Positions 9,059-17,410 of a DNA stretch of 32,000 nucleotides are shown here, piece after piece (within the stretch, counting starts at the first letter, position 1; each line of letters begins with the position of its first letter). The position numbers were made by a program, and so were the translations under genes. Source of the DNA: Psychrobacter sp. DM4 (lineage in GTDB: Bacteria; Pseudomonadota; Gammaproteobacteria; Pseudomonadales; Moraxellaceae); the NCBI RefSeq assembly GCF_051307035.1, contig NZ_CP195536.1, positions 1,050,001-1,082,000 of the forward strand. The letters are read 5' to 3'. The notes beneath the pieces are model-generated. The model saw only the letters and a program-made list of their open reading frames with translations, was not told the DNA's origin and did not search any database.

Positions 9059-9353
9059 TGATGGCGCACCATTTTGAGATAAAAAACTGCCTCATAATGA
9101 CGTAAATTGACATATTTTTCAATCTATCATCATTAATGCAGCCGCTTATCGATAATAAGGGTTTGGTATAAAATTAGATTAAAGGCCATAGTGGCTTTTA
9201 AAGTAGATGCTAAGTGCCATATAAGATAGCAACTTATCATGCCTGCCATGATGATTTTTCTGTGAATTTGCACAACATAAATTGAGAGTCGATCATGACC
9301 AGCAATCAAAAATTTGTAAATCATTTTCTTTTTAAAGGGATGCCTGCGTAGCT

Positions 9354-12164
9354 ATGTCTAGTGATTTATTGTCGCCAAGTGATACGTCTTTATCAGCGAC
9401 TGGCGTCTATGACGATTCTATCGTACAGGGGCTAGTATTACCTTTAGCTGGGCACTGCTTTCATTGCGCAGACCCAGTACCGCGTCCGCCATTTTTGACC
9501 CAAGTGCTAGGCGAGATGCGTGAGATGTGCTGCATGGGCTGTCAGCTGGCAAGCCAAAGCATCGTTGAGGCTGGACTTGAGCAATATTATTTAGACCGCT
9601 CAGAGATCAATCGCACCGCAAGTTTGCCTGTCCAAATGACACGGCTAGAAGCTTACGATCATGAGGAGATCAAGTCGCAGTTTGTATATGCCCAAGATGG
9701 GCTATCAGTCGCTGAATTGTCAGTCAATAATCTACGCTGCGCCGCTTGTACTTGGCTTATTGAGTCGCGCCTGTTTGAGCTTGATGGTGTCAGCAAATGT
9801 CAGGTCAACCTCACCAATCAGCGTATGCGTGTGGTATGGGATGAGAGCAAATTACCGATTAGTCGTATTCTCGCTACCATCAATGGCATAGGCTATGAGG
9901 CCAAACCTTATCGGCAAGACACCCACGAAGCCATGCTTGCGCGCCATAATAACAAGATGCTGCTTAGATTAGGGATTGCAGCGCTCGGCGCTATGCAAGC
10001 GATGATGTACGCAGTAGCGTTATATTTTGGCGAGTACAGCGATATGCTGGTGTTTCAGCGTGACTTCTTGCGCTGGGTGTCCCTCTTTGTCAGTATTCCT
10101 GTGTTTTTCTATGCTGGCGTACCGTTCTTTACTTCTGCGTGGTCCGCGATACGCGCGCGTCAAGTCAATATGGATGTGCCCGTTAGCGTGGCATTGATCG
10201 TCACCTTCTTTGCTAGTCTATACGCGACCGTCACAGGTCAAGGAGAGACCTATTATGACTCGGTCAGTATGTTTATTTTCTTCTTATTGGCAGGGCGTTA
10301 CATCGAACACAATGCTCGCCTAAAAGCTGCGACTATGGCCAATGATCTAGTAGTGGTTGAGCCCATACTCGTCAAAAAGATCGCTGAAGACAAGCACTCC
10401 GCGCAGATTATTTTGGAGCAAATGAGATCAGCTACAGTAGATTCAAATGACTTAAAGACCAGTCAAAGCGGAAGGGTAGCAGCAAATGCAGAAAAAGCTA
10501 ATATCGAAAATAATATGTCAAACGCAAACTTGCCAAACTTTATGCAAAGTATGGATAGTAGCGTCTACAAAATAACCCAAAATATTGCACAAAACTGGCA
10601 ACAGGCGCGTAGTCACCTAATAGATTCAGAAGATCAAATAAACAGTAGCGAGATGGTGACTGCTCATAGTTTGCAAGTCGGCGATATCATTATGATCGAT
10701 GCTGGCGCCGAAATTATTAGCGATGGTATTTTGCTTAGCCAAACGGCAACAGTATCACAAAGTTTGTTGACAGGTGAAGGCGACCTTGTTACAAAGCAAG
10801 AAGGCGAGTATATTGTCGGCGGCGCGCAAAATGATAGTCAGCCGTTTGCTATGCTCATTACGGCTTTGCCAAAAGACAGTCAGATTGGATTGATCGATAG
10901 GCTGATGAACCGAGCGATGAGCGAGAAACCCAAACTTGCTCAGCAAGCTGATAAGCTGGCGCGCTGGTTTGTGGCGCGGATATTGATTCTGTCGGTATTT
11001 GTCTTTATCGGTTGGTACCTCATTGATCCAAGCCAAGCGATATGGGCAACTGTCGCGGTATTAGTGGCTACGTGTCCTTGTGCATTGTCCTTGGCAACAC
11101 CGATTGCCTTGACAGTAGCGACTAATCGCCTTGCTAGCTATGGGTTTTTGACCACGCGCGGGCATACACTACAAACCTTAGCTGAAATCACCCACGTTGC
11201 ATTCGATAAAACAGGAACACTGACCTACGGTAAGCCGAATTTGTTAAATATCGATCTGTTAGATGATAAAGTCGAAGCGGATGCAGAACAAGACGCGCAA
11301 AAAGACAAACTGTTGTCTATTGCCGCAGCATTAGAGGTGGGTAGTCGTCATCCTATAGCCCATGCGCTGTTAACCGCCGCTTATCAATTGCATCTGCCCA
11401 ACACTCAAGGCTTAGTGCACTATCCAGCGGGCGGGGTAGAGGCAATAATAGAGGGGGTCAAATACCGTATTGGTCATATCGATTTTGCTTTAGATAATGA
11501 TAGTGGTGATGGAAATGATAAAGATAATGACAGCAGCTTCACGCCTGATCTTATTGCAAATCGAGCCAGCTCAGCGGTGGTTCTATCCGCGCAGCAAGAC
11601 CATACCTGGCAAGTACTAGCCTGTTTTTATTTTAATGATAAAGTGCGTGATACCGCAAAACCGATGCTCGATAGTCTCAAAGCACTGGGTATTGAGTCGG
11701 TGATGCTAACCGGTGATCCAAGTCCGCAAGCGCTCAAGCTAGCCGATGCTTTAGGAATGCAAAGCGCTTTTAACGGGTTATCCCCAACTGATAAAGTTAA
11801 TCATATTCAGCGATTGCAAGCGGATGGGGCCGTGGTACTCATGATCGGTGATGGTATCAACGATGCTCCTGTACTCGCCGCAGCTGATGTATCCACTTCT
11901 ATCGCTGGTGCAGCAGATTTAGCGCAAGTTTCAAGCGATAGTATTATCTTAGATGGTCAGATCGAGGCGATTGCTGCTGCTAAACGCATTGCCGACAAGG
12001 CAGAGCGAATTATCAGACAGAACTTTCGCTGGGCACTAGGTTATAATGGTGTTGTATTATTACCAGCCATCTTTGGTTATGTGCCGCCTTGGCTTGCCGC
12101 TATCGGTATGTCATTAAGCTCTTTGCTCGTGGTCTTAAATGCGCTGCGGTTAAAGCTCGCTTAG
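9354..12164 (+). CDS. Heavy-metal (Cu+-type) translocating P1B-type ATPase, CcoI/FixI-like
   Basis: The N-terminal Cys-rich region is CFHCADPVP...CCMGCQ. The HMA site is CAAC, the actuator motif is TGE, and the transmembrane metal site is CPC (ATCPCALSLATP). Also present are DKTGTLT, SRHPIAHAL (HP motif) and GDGINDAP. AGGGA lies 12 nt upstream of the ATG. Confidence 0.9.
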   Translation: MSSDLLSPSDTSLSATGVYDDSIVQGLVLPLAGHCFHCADPVPRPPFLTQVLGEMREMCCMGCQLASQSIVEAGLEQYYLDRSEINRTASLPVQMTRLEAYDHEEIKSQFVYAQDGLSVAELSVNNLRCAACTWLIESRLFELDGVSKCQVNLTNQRMRVVWDESKLPISRILATINGIGYEAKPYRQDTHEAMLARHNNKMLLRLGIAALGAMQAMMYAVALYFGEYSDMLVFQRDFLRWVSLFVSIPVFFYAGVPFFTSAWSAIRARQVNMDVPVSVALIVTFFASLYATVTGQGETYYDSVSMFIFFLLAGRYIEHNARLKAATMANDLVVVEPILVKKIAEDKHSAQIILEQMRSATVDSNDLKTSQSGRVAANAEKANIENNMSNANLPNFMQSMDSSVYKITQNIAQNWQQARSHLIDSEDQINSSEMVTAHSLQVGDIIMIDAGAEIISDGILLSQTATVSQSLLTGEGDLVTKQEGEYIVGGAQNDSQPFAMLITALPKDSQIGLIDRLMNRAMSEKPKLAQQADKLARWFVARILILSVFVFIGWYLIDPSQAIWATVAVLVATCPCALSLATPIALTVATNRLASYGFLTTRGHTLQTLAEITHVAFDKTGTLTYGKPNLLNIDLLDDKVEADAEQDAQKDKLLSIAAALEVGSRHPIAHALLTAAYQLHLPNTQGLVHYPAGGVEAIIEGVKYRIGHIDFALDNDSGDGNDKDNDSSFTPDLIANRASSAVVLSAQQDHTWQVLACFYFNDKVRDTAKPMLDSLKALGIESVMLTGDPSPQALKLADALGMQSAFNGLSPTDKVNHIQRLQADGAVVLMIGDGINDAPVLAAADVSTSIAGAADLAQVSSDSIILDGQIEAIAAAKRIADKAERIIRQNFRWALGYNGVVLLPAIFGYVPPWLAAIGMSLSSLLVVLNALRLKLA

Positions 12165-12190
12165 GATGATAATGACTTAGATTGTGACAC

Positions 12191-12228
12191 AAAAAAACCG
12201 CCTTCAATTAAAAGCGGTTTTTATTTAT
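12191..12228. terminator. Bidirectional rho-independent terminator between the ATPase gene and the convergent BaxI_1 gene
   Basis: The sequence is AAAAAAACCGC-(12 nt loop)-GCGGTTTTTATTTATTT. The GC core is short (ACCGC/GCGGT), with A/T runs on both sides. Confidence 0.65.
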
Positions 12229-12255
12229 TTTAGATAATATCTTAATGAGTATCCA

Positions 12256-12978
12256 TTAGTCTTGTAGATAACTAAGCAGACGCATAAATTCAATGTACAT
12301 CCATACCAAGGTCGCTAGGATACCAATACTAAATAACCACTCATAGTCCTCAGAGATGCCCATCGCCACGCCGCGATCGATGTTATCAAAATCGAGCAAT
12401 AGCGTAAAAGAAGCAATAACGATGACAAACAAGCTAAAGCCAATGGCAATAGCACCGCCTTCAAATAAGAACGGTAGGCTTGAACCAAAAGCTAAAGACA
12501 ATACCCACTGCGCTACGTAGACGAGCATAATAGCAATAAGTGCTGAAGTTACGATAGAGCGAAACTTTTGCGTAACTTTGATAAGACCTGAGCGATAAAG
12601 ACCTAGCATCACTGCTGCGGTAACAAAAGTCGCGCACATTGCGGTAACGGGTACGCTTGGGTACATTCTCATAAAAAACAGCGAGATGCCGCCCAAAAAT
12701 ATACCTTCTAGTAAAGCGTAAGGTACAGCAAAGGTTTTGGCTTTTTGCGGCTTAAAGGTAATAAAAACAGCGAGACCAAAGGCTGCAAACATACTACCAA
12801 AGGCAGCCATAGTGATAAAGCTTTGTGATAAACCTGCCATGAGTGCGTAAAAGAAAAAGCCCACACCCGTAATAGCTGACAAGCCTAGCAGTAAGCTGGT
12901 CTTTTGTATTACGCCTTTGACGGTCATAGGCGCGCCGCCGACCGCAAGTTCTGCGCGACTGACAATAGGATTGGCCAT
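12256..12978 (-). CDS. Bax inhibitor-1-like (BaxI_1/YccA-related) integral membrane protein
   Basis: The ORF is 240 aa with about 7 hydrophobic helices. The N-terminus, MANPIVSRAEL...MTVKGVIQKTSLLLGL, resembles the BaxI_1 (PF12811) N-terminal pattern (SNP...MT..G...KT..LL) as I recall it. Confidence 0.65.
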   Translation of the reverse strand: MANPIVSRAELAVGGAPMTVKGVIQKTSLLLGLSAITGVGFFFYALMAGLSQSFITMAAFGSMFAAFGLAVFITFKPQKAKTFAVPYALLEGIFLGGISLFFMRMYPSVPVTAMCATFVTAAVMLGLYRSGLIKVTQKFRSIVTSALIAIMLVYVAQWVLSLAFGSSLPFLFEGGAIAIGFSLFVIVIASFTLLLDFDNIDRGVAMGISEDYEWLFSIGILATLVWMYIEFMRLLSYLQD

Positions 12979-13302
12979 ACAGATATCCTTAATAAAATAT
13001 AAACAAATTAGATGACAGCTACTTTAGCAAAACCGCTACTATTGTCAACTGTGTTTGCGTGACTATAGCAAGTGCTTAGCGCTGTTATCAATGGCTTGTA
13101 GGCTACGAGATAAACTCGCTACCTAACCAAATTCTGACCTCTTTGATTCATTGGTAAAACATGAATCCTAGCCCTTATATGAGGTCGATTACTACAGTTA
13201 ACAACGATAATGGGTAAAACATGCTAGTTTAAGCGCTTATTTATCGCTATTATTATCACATTTCTTTTTAGTATATGCTTTTTTAGCAATTCCCTTTTTA
13301 AG

Positions 13303-14322
13303 ATGCCGAGTCGTTTTATGGAAAACTCAGCGCAGTCTGCAAGATTGCCAAATTTGCACGAATCAGAGCTGTTTCACGCTAACAAAAATCCAGCCTTTAG
13401 GCGCATTGGACTCATGGGACGTGCAGGAAAGCGTAGCGTCACTCAAAGTTTAGTACAGATCGCTCAAACCATTAACGAGATGAATCTGACTTTGATTATG
13501 GATGTGCAGACCTCAAACTTGCCAACACTTGATTTGGCTGAGATTGAAAAGGTCAAGATTGTCAAACGCGGCTTGATCGGTGAAATATGTGATCTGGTGA
13601 TCGTAGTGGGCGGCGACGGGTCTATCTTACACGCCGCAGAAGCACTAGCTCGATACCGCGTGCCCGTATTGGGTGTTAACCGAGGTCGTCTAGGGTTTTT
13701 GGCAGATGTCAAACCTAATGAGGCAGCGTTCAAACTACGTCAAGTGCTCATGGGGGATTATCAACTCGATCATAGGTTTTTATTGACGATGGAGATTCGT
13801 GAAGGGTGCAACCTAATTCATGAGGATATGGCGCTCAACGATATCGTATTGCACGCGGGCAAATCAGTGCATATGATAGATTTTCAGTTAAAGATTGATG
13901 GTCATGATGTTTATCGTCAACATAGCGATGGCTTGATTGTGGCTACGCCTACAGGCTCGACGGCCTATGCATTATCTGGTGGCGGTCCGATTATTCATCC
14001 GAGTATGGATGCGATATGTTTAGTGCCGATGCATCCTCATACTTTGTCCAGTCGACCTATCGTCGTCAGTGGCAACAGCGAGATCTGTATTCGTATTCAT
14101 GAGGACAACCGCACCCAACCTATGGTTAGTGCTGATGGCAAAGCAAGTTTGCCGCTTGAGCAAGAGCAACGCCTCTATATTCGCAAACATCCTGACAAAT
14201 TAACTTTGTTACATCCCCCAGGTTTTGATTTTTATGAGGCCTGTCGCACCAAACTGCATTGGAATGTACATGCTGAAGAATTTGGTTTGGACAGTGATGA
14301 CGATGATGACATCTTAGATTAA
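13303..14322 (+). CDS. nadK: NAD+ kinase
   Basis: Motifs present are VVGGDGSILHAA (GGDG), NRGRLGFLAD and ATPTGSTAYALSGGGPI. The start is uncertain (13303 or 13318), with no strong SD for either. There is an acidic C-terminal tail, DSDDDDDILD. Confidence 0.93.
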   Translation: MPSRFMENSAQSARLPNLHESELFHANKNPAFRRIGLMGRAGKRSVTQSLVQIAQTINEMNLTLIMDVQTSNLPTLDLAEIEKVKIVKRGLIGEICDLVIVVGGDGSILHAAEALARYRVPVLGVNRGRLGFLADVKPNEAAFKLRQVLMGDYQLDHRFLLTMEIREGCNLIHEDMALNDIVLHAGKSVHMIDFQLKIDGHDVYRQHSDGLIVATPTGSTAYALSGGGPIIHPSMDAICLVPMHPHTLSSRPIVVSGNSEICIRIHEDNRTQPMVSADGKASLPLEQEQRLYIRKHPDKLTLLHPPGFDFYEACRTKLHWNVHAEEFGLDSDDDDDILD

Positions 14323-14370
14323 AAGCGCTGGTTAAACGTCAATTAAAAGTATAAATGTGGAGTAGGTAAA

Positions 14371-14682
14371 ATGGATAAACAAACAATACTAGCAACCTTG
14401 ACTCCTGAAGTCGTAGAGAGGTTTAAAGTCGCAATTGAGCTTGGTAAATGGCCTGATGGTCGTGTGTTAAATGATGAACAGCGTAAGACTTGTATGCAGG
14501 CGGTTATGATTTGGGAGCATGAGCATCTGCCTCCTGCTGAGCGTACAGGTTACATTCATAAGCCTATCAAGGATAATGGGGATATCATTGGCGCTGAATG
14601 TGATGTCGAACACGAACATCATTATCCTAATATGCCTAATCCTAAAGGCGCCATTCAACCTGTGAAGTTCCGAGACAAATAA
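14371..14682 (+). CDS. yeaC: YeaC/DUF1315 family protein
   Basis: LTPEVVERFKVAIELGKWPDGRVLNDEQRKTCMQAVMIWE aligns by eye with E. coli YeaC (MTPEVYQRLSTAVELGKWPDGVALTEEQKENCLQLVMLWQ). A good SD (GGAGTAGG) lies upstream. Confidence 0.8.
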   Translation: MDKQTILATLTPEVVERFKVAIELGKWPDGRVLNDEQRKTCMQAVMIWEHEHLPPAERTGYIHKPIKDNGDIIGAECDVEHEHHYPNMPNPKGAIQPVKFRDK

Positions 14683-14701
14683 AGTTTAAGGATAAATAAT
14701 A

Positions 14702-14762
14702 CGCCTTAGTATAAAGGCGGCAATAAAAGAGCCACGCTATTATTGATAGCGTGGCTCTTTTA
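14702..14762. terminator. Strong bidirectional terminator (two tandem hairpins) between convergent yeaC and the hopJ-family gene
   Basis: Hairpin 1 is CGCCTT (14702-14707) / AAGGCG (14714-14719). Hairpin 2 has a 16-bp perfect stem, AAAAGAGCCACGCTAT (14725-14740) / ATAGCGTGGCTCTTTT (14746-14761), with a 5-nt loop and A/T runs on both sides. Confidence 0.85.
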
Positions 14763-14788
14763 TTGGTTTACTTCTAACAGTGGAAGGT

Positions 14789-15163
14789 TTATAGCGAAGT
14801 GGTATCAACACTTGGACGTATCGTTAAAGGATTTTTTTCCATCAAAAACCCTTGCCAGCCCCAGTGTAAAAAGTTACGAATGTTAGCATGATCAGTCCCA
14901 TTCGGTGTCGCTTGTACTTTTTCAAAATGCTCACCAAATAGCTTTAAGGTATCCAGCTGACTTAACTTATGGTGCTTGGCAAACCCAAAAACCTTGGCGC
15001 TACCTTCGTTTTCTCCAGCGTCATTGTGTACTTGACCATTAACAAAAGAGGCAGGTGCATAGCGATAAAAATCATCAATAAAACTGATGACATCGTTAAA
15101 TCCAATAGCCTTTTTGCTCAAGCCATTTAGTAGCGCTGATACGTCTGATTGGCGAATACTCAT
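14789..15163 (-). CDS. HopJ type III effector family protein (HopJ/PF08888-like)
   Basis: The ORF is 124 aa. It contains NDAGENEGSAKVFGFAKHHKLSQLDTLKLFGEHF...NGTDHANIRNFLHWGWQG. This matches the conserved N.GSCK.F.FA...L....TL..FG and DH.NIR.F...GW pattern of the HopJ family as I recall it. Confidence 0.7.
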   Translation of the reverse strand: MSIRQSDVSALLNGLSKKAIGFNDVISFIDDFYRYAPASFVNGQVHNDAGENEGSAKVFGFAKHHKLSQLDTLKLFGEHFEKVQATPNGTDHANIRNFLHWGWQGFLMEKNPLTIRPSVDTTSL

Positions 15164-15243
15164 AAATAAAAGACCCCAAAACCATTTAGAATTTCTGCTT
15201 AAGATAGCAGCATTATAGAATACTAGAATTATAAAGTAGCAAT

Positions 15244-15489
15244 TTAGCGATTAAAGTAATCTTCGTCATCGAAAGAAGGTGCAAAGTTGCCTTGCTCTAA
15301 ATGCTGCATCTCTGACTGTACTGAACGTTCATGCTGAATACGTTGATAAATCTCTTCGCGATGCACCGCAATATCCTTTGGTGCATTCACGCCGATACGT
15401 ACTTGGTTGCCCTTGACGCCTAATACAGTCACACTAACCTCGTCACCAATCATTAGCGTTTCGCCCACACGGCGTGTCAAAATTAACAT
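15244..15489 (-). CDS. csrA: Carbon storage regulator CsrA (81-aa long form)
   Basis: [52 protein letters not shown] is near-identical to canonical CsrA. The SD AAGGAG lies 8 nt upstream. The alaS-lysC-csrA order is as in Pseudomonas. Confidence 0.95.
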   Translation of the reverse strand: MLILTRRVGETLMIGDEVSVTVLGVKGNQVRIGVNAPKDIAVHREEIYQRIQHERSVQSEMQHLEQGNFAPSFDDEDYFNR

Positions 15490-15853
15490 GCGTCATACTC
15501 CTTATGTCACATGAACAAGTTATTGCTCACTGAGATATGTCTTAGTAATAAGAGATCACCGTGTGACATAACTATCGCAATAATAGTTGTTGTTAAAAAC
15601 AATAGTCAGGTAAGTAGCCTAAAACAATAGCTACTACGGTAATAATAAAGTCGGTTTTTAGCCTGATTCAATGCCCTATTATAAGTGGCATAAGAAGTAC
15701 TGTCACGGCTTTTAACAAAACTGCTAGGTAAATACCCAAAGTCGTGAGCAATAAAATAAGAAGGGCATGTAAAGGCCCTATTTTATTTCAAGCAGTATTA
15801 CCTTTTAAAAGTTTATTGCAATAGCTAGGGCGGCAGCCATTGACGATTGTAAT

Positions 15854-17140
15854 CTATTGTCCTGCAACCTTGCTTTCGCCCTCGGTACGATCCAAACCAA
15901 AAGCAGTATGTAGCGATTTAACCGCTTTTTCTAGGTGCTGCTCTTGAATCAGAACGGAGACTTTTATCTCACTGGTCGATATCATCTGAATATTGATATT
16001 ATTCTCGGCAAGTGTCTGGAACATAAGGCTGGCAACCCCAGCGTGCGAGCGCATACCAACACCGACTAAGGAGACTTTAACGACTTCACTATTGCCTATA
16101 ATTTCTTTAGCGCCAATCTCGTTTTTGACTTCTTCGTTAAGTACGGTCATGGTCTTATCCATGTCACCGCGATTGACCGTAAAAGTGAAGTCAGTAGTAC
16201 CATTGGTTGAGAGGTTCTGCACGATCATGTCAATCTCGATATTGGCATTGCCAATAGGACTCAAGATAGCTGAGGCAATGCCAGGATGATCAGGTACACC
16301 GCGTACCACTATCTTTGCCTCGTCTCGGTTAAAAGCAATACCTGAGATAACTGCCTGTTCCATATCGTCTCCTTCGTCTATCGTAATTAAAGTGCCTACG
16401 TTATTTTGAAAGTCTGCATCAAAGCTGCCATCGGTGTTTTCATCAAAGCTAGAGAGCACGCGTAAAGGCACACCATATTTGCCTGCAAATTCAACGGAAC
16501 GGATCTGTAGGATTTTGGAGCCAAGGCTTGCCATCTCTAGCATTTCTTCAAAGGTGATTTTTTTAAGCTTTTTGGCTTTTGAGGTGACGCGAGGATCAGT
16601 GGTATAGACGCCATCAACGTCAGTATAAATTTGACACTCATCAGCGCCTAACGCAGCTGCGATAGCGACACCTGTCGTATCGGAGCCGCCGCGACCTAGA
16701 GTCGTCGCATTGCCTTCACTATCTATACCTTGAAAACCTGCTACGATGACAATGTTGCCCGCGTCCAGCTGCTTACGAATATTGACGTCATCGATGGACT
16801 CGATACGTGCTTTGTTATGTGAGTTATCCGTTTTTATAGCGACTTGCCGACCGGTAAAGGAGCGCGCGCCAATACCCAAATCTTTAATTGCCATTGCCAG
16901 TAGTGAGATGGAGACCTGCTCACCTGTCGATACCATTTGATCGTACTCGCGAGGGTCGGGCTGAGCACTGATTTGACGTGCTAAATCAACTAAACGGTTG
17001 GTTTCGCCACTCATAGCAGAGACAACGACGACGACCTGATGACCATTATCATGCCAGCGCTTCACTCGTTTGGCGACGTTTTTGATGCGCTCTATACTGC
17101 CCATTGATGTACCACCGTATTTTTGTACTATTAGCGCCAT
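15854..17140 (-). CDS. lysC: Aspartate kinase (ACT-domain, Pseudomonas-type)
   Basis: MALIVQKYGGTSMG is the canonical aspartokinase start, with the SD AGGTGGA 6 nt upstream of the ATG at 17140. The track's 17215 start adds 25 basic non-homologous residues. GRGGSDTT and two C-terminal ACT-like repeats are present. Confidence 0.93.
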   Translation of the reverse strand: MALIVQKYGGTSMGSIERIKNVAKRVKRWHDNGHQVVVVVSAMSGETNRLVDLARQISAQPDPREYDQMVSTGEQVSISLLAMAIKDLGIGARSFTGRQVAIKTDNSHNKARIESIDDVNIRKQLDAGNIVIVAGFQGIDSEGNATTLGRGGSDTTGVAIAAALGADECQIYTDVDGVYTTDPRVTSKAKKLKKITFEEMLEMASLGSKILQIRSVEFAGKYGVPLRVLSSFDENTDGSFDADFQNNVGTLITIDEGDDMEQAVISGIAFNRDEAKIVVRGVPDHPGIASAILSPIGNANIEIDMIVQNLSTNGTTDFTFTVNRGDMDKTMTVLNEEVKNEIGAKEIIGNSEVVKVSLVGVGMRSHAGVASLMFQTLAENNINIQMISTSEIKVSVLIQEQHLEKAVKSLHTAFGLDRTEGESKVAGQ

Positions 17141-17348
17141 ATAAATCCACCTAGTATTTATTAAAGGTTTTGTTCGCTGTTGTCTAGAGTCAATGCGCCT
17201 CTGAGACCTACTCAAAACCTTGTGATAAGAGTTACTTATTTATTCAGTCAACTGCGTTACTGACAATAAGACTAACATCAGTGCAAATGCTGACCTTTAT
17301 AGCACATCTGCCAGCCAATTTTAAGTCGTTGACCGATTTAGATATATG

Positions 17349-17379
17349 GCGATTGGTTATGAGGGCTATAACCAATCGC
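17349..17379 (-). terminator. 12-bp-stem hairpin 32 nt downstream of the alaS stop; possible terminator or processing site lacking a canonical U-tract
   Basis: The stem is GCGATTGGTTAT (17349-17360) / ATAACCAATCGC (17368-17379) with a 7-nt loop. On the minus strand it is followed by CATATATCTAAAT, not a U run. Confidence 0.4.
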
Positions 17380-17410
17380 ATAACAGTTGTCTTTTGTTAG
17401 CCTGTAATGA

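Noticed and set aside
9133-9324. A 63-aa ORF in the mrcB/ATPase divergent intergenic region. I considered it as a possible small membrane protein or a misplaced ccoS.
   Set aside because: It has no SD, sits in AT-rich promoter-type DNA, and does not resemble CcoS as I recall it. It would also occupy almost the entire divergent promoter region.
9059-9353. Search for an FNR/Anr box (TTGAT-N4-ATCAA) upstream of the CcoI-like ATPase gene.
   Set aside because: The only near matches are TTGACATATTTTTCAA (wrong spacing, N8) and TTGAGAGTCGATCA (half-sites out of register). No supportable site exists.
17195-17202. AGAGGCGC (minus strand), the opening octamer of lysine riboswitches, upstream of lysC.
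   Set aside because: It lies only about 55 nt from the start codon. A canonical L-box needs about 170 nt of further conserved helices, which I cannot find. I treat it as a chance match within a smaller hairpin, reported separately at low interest.
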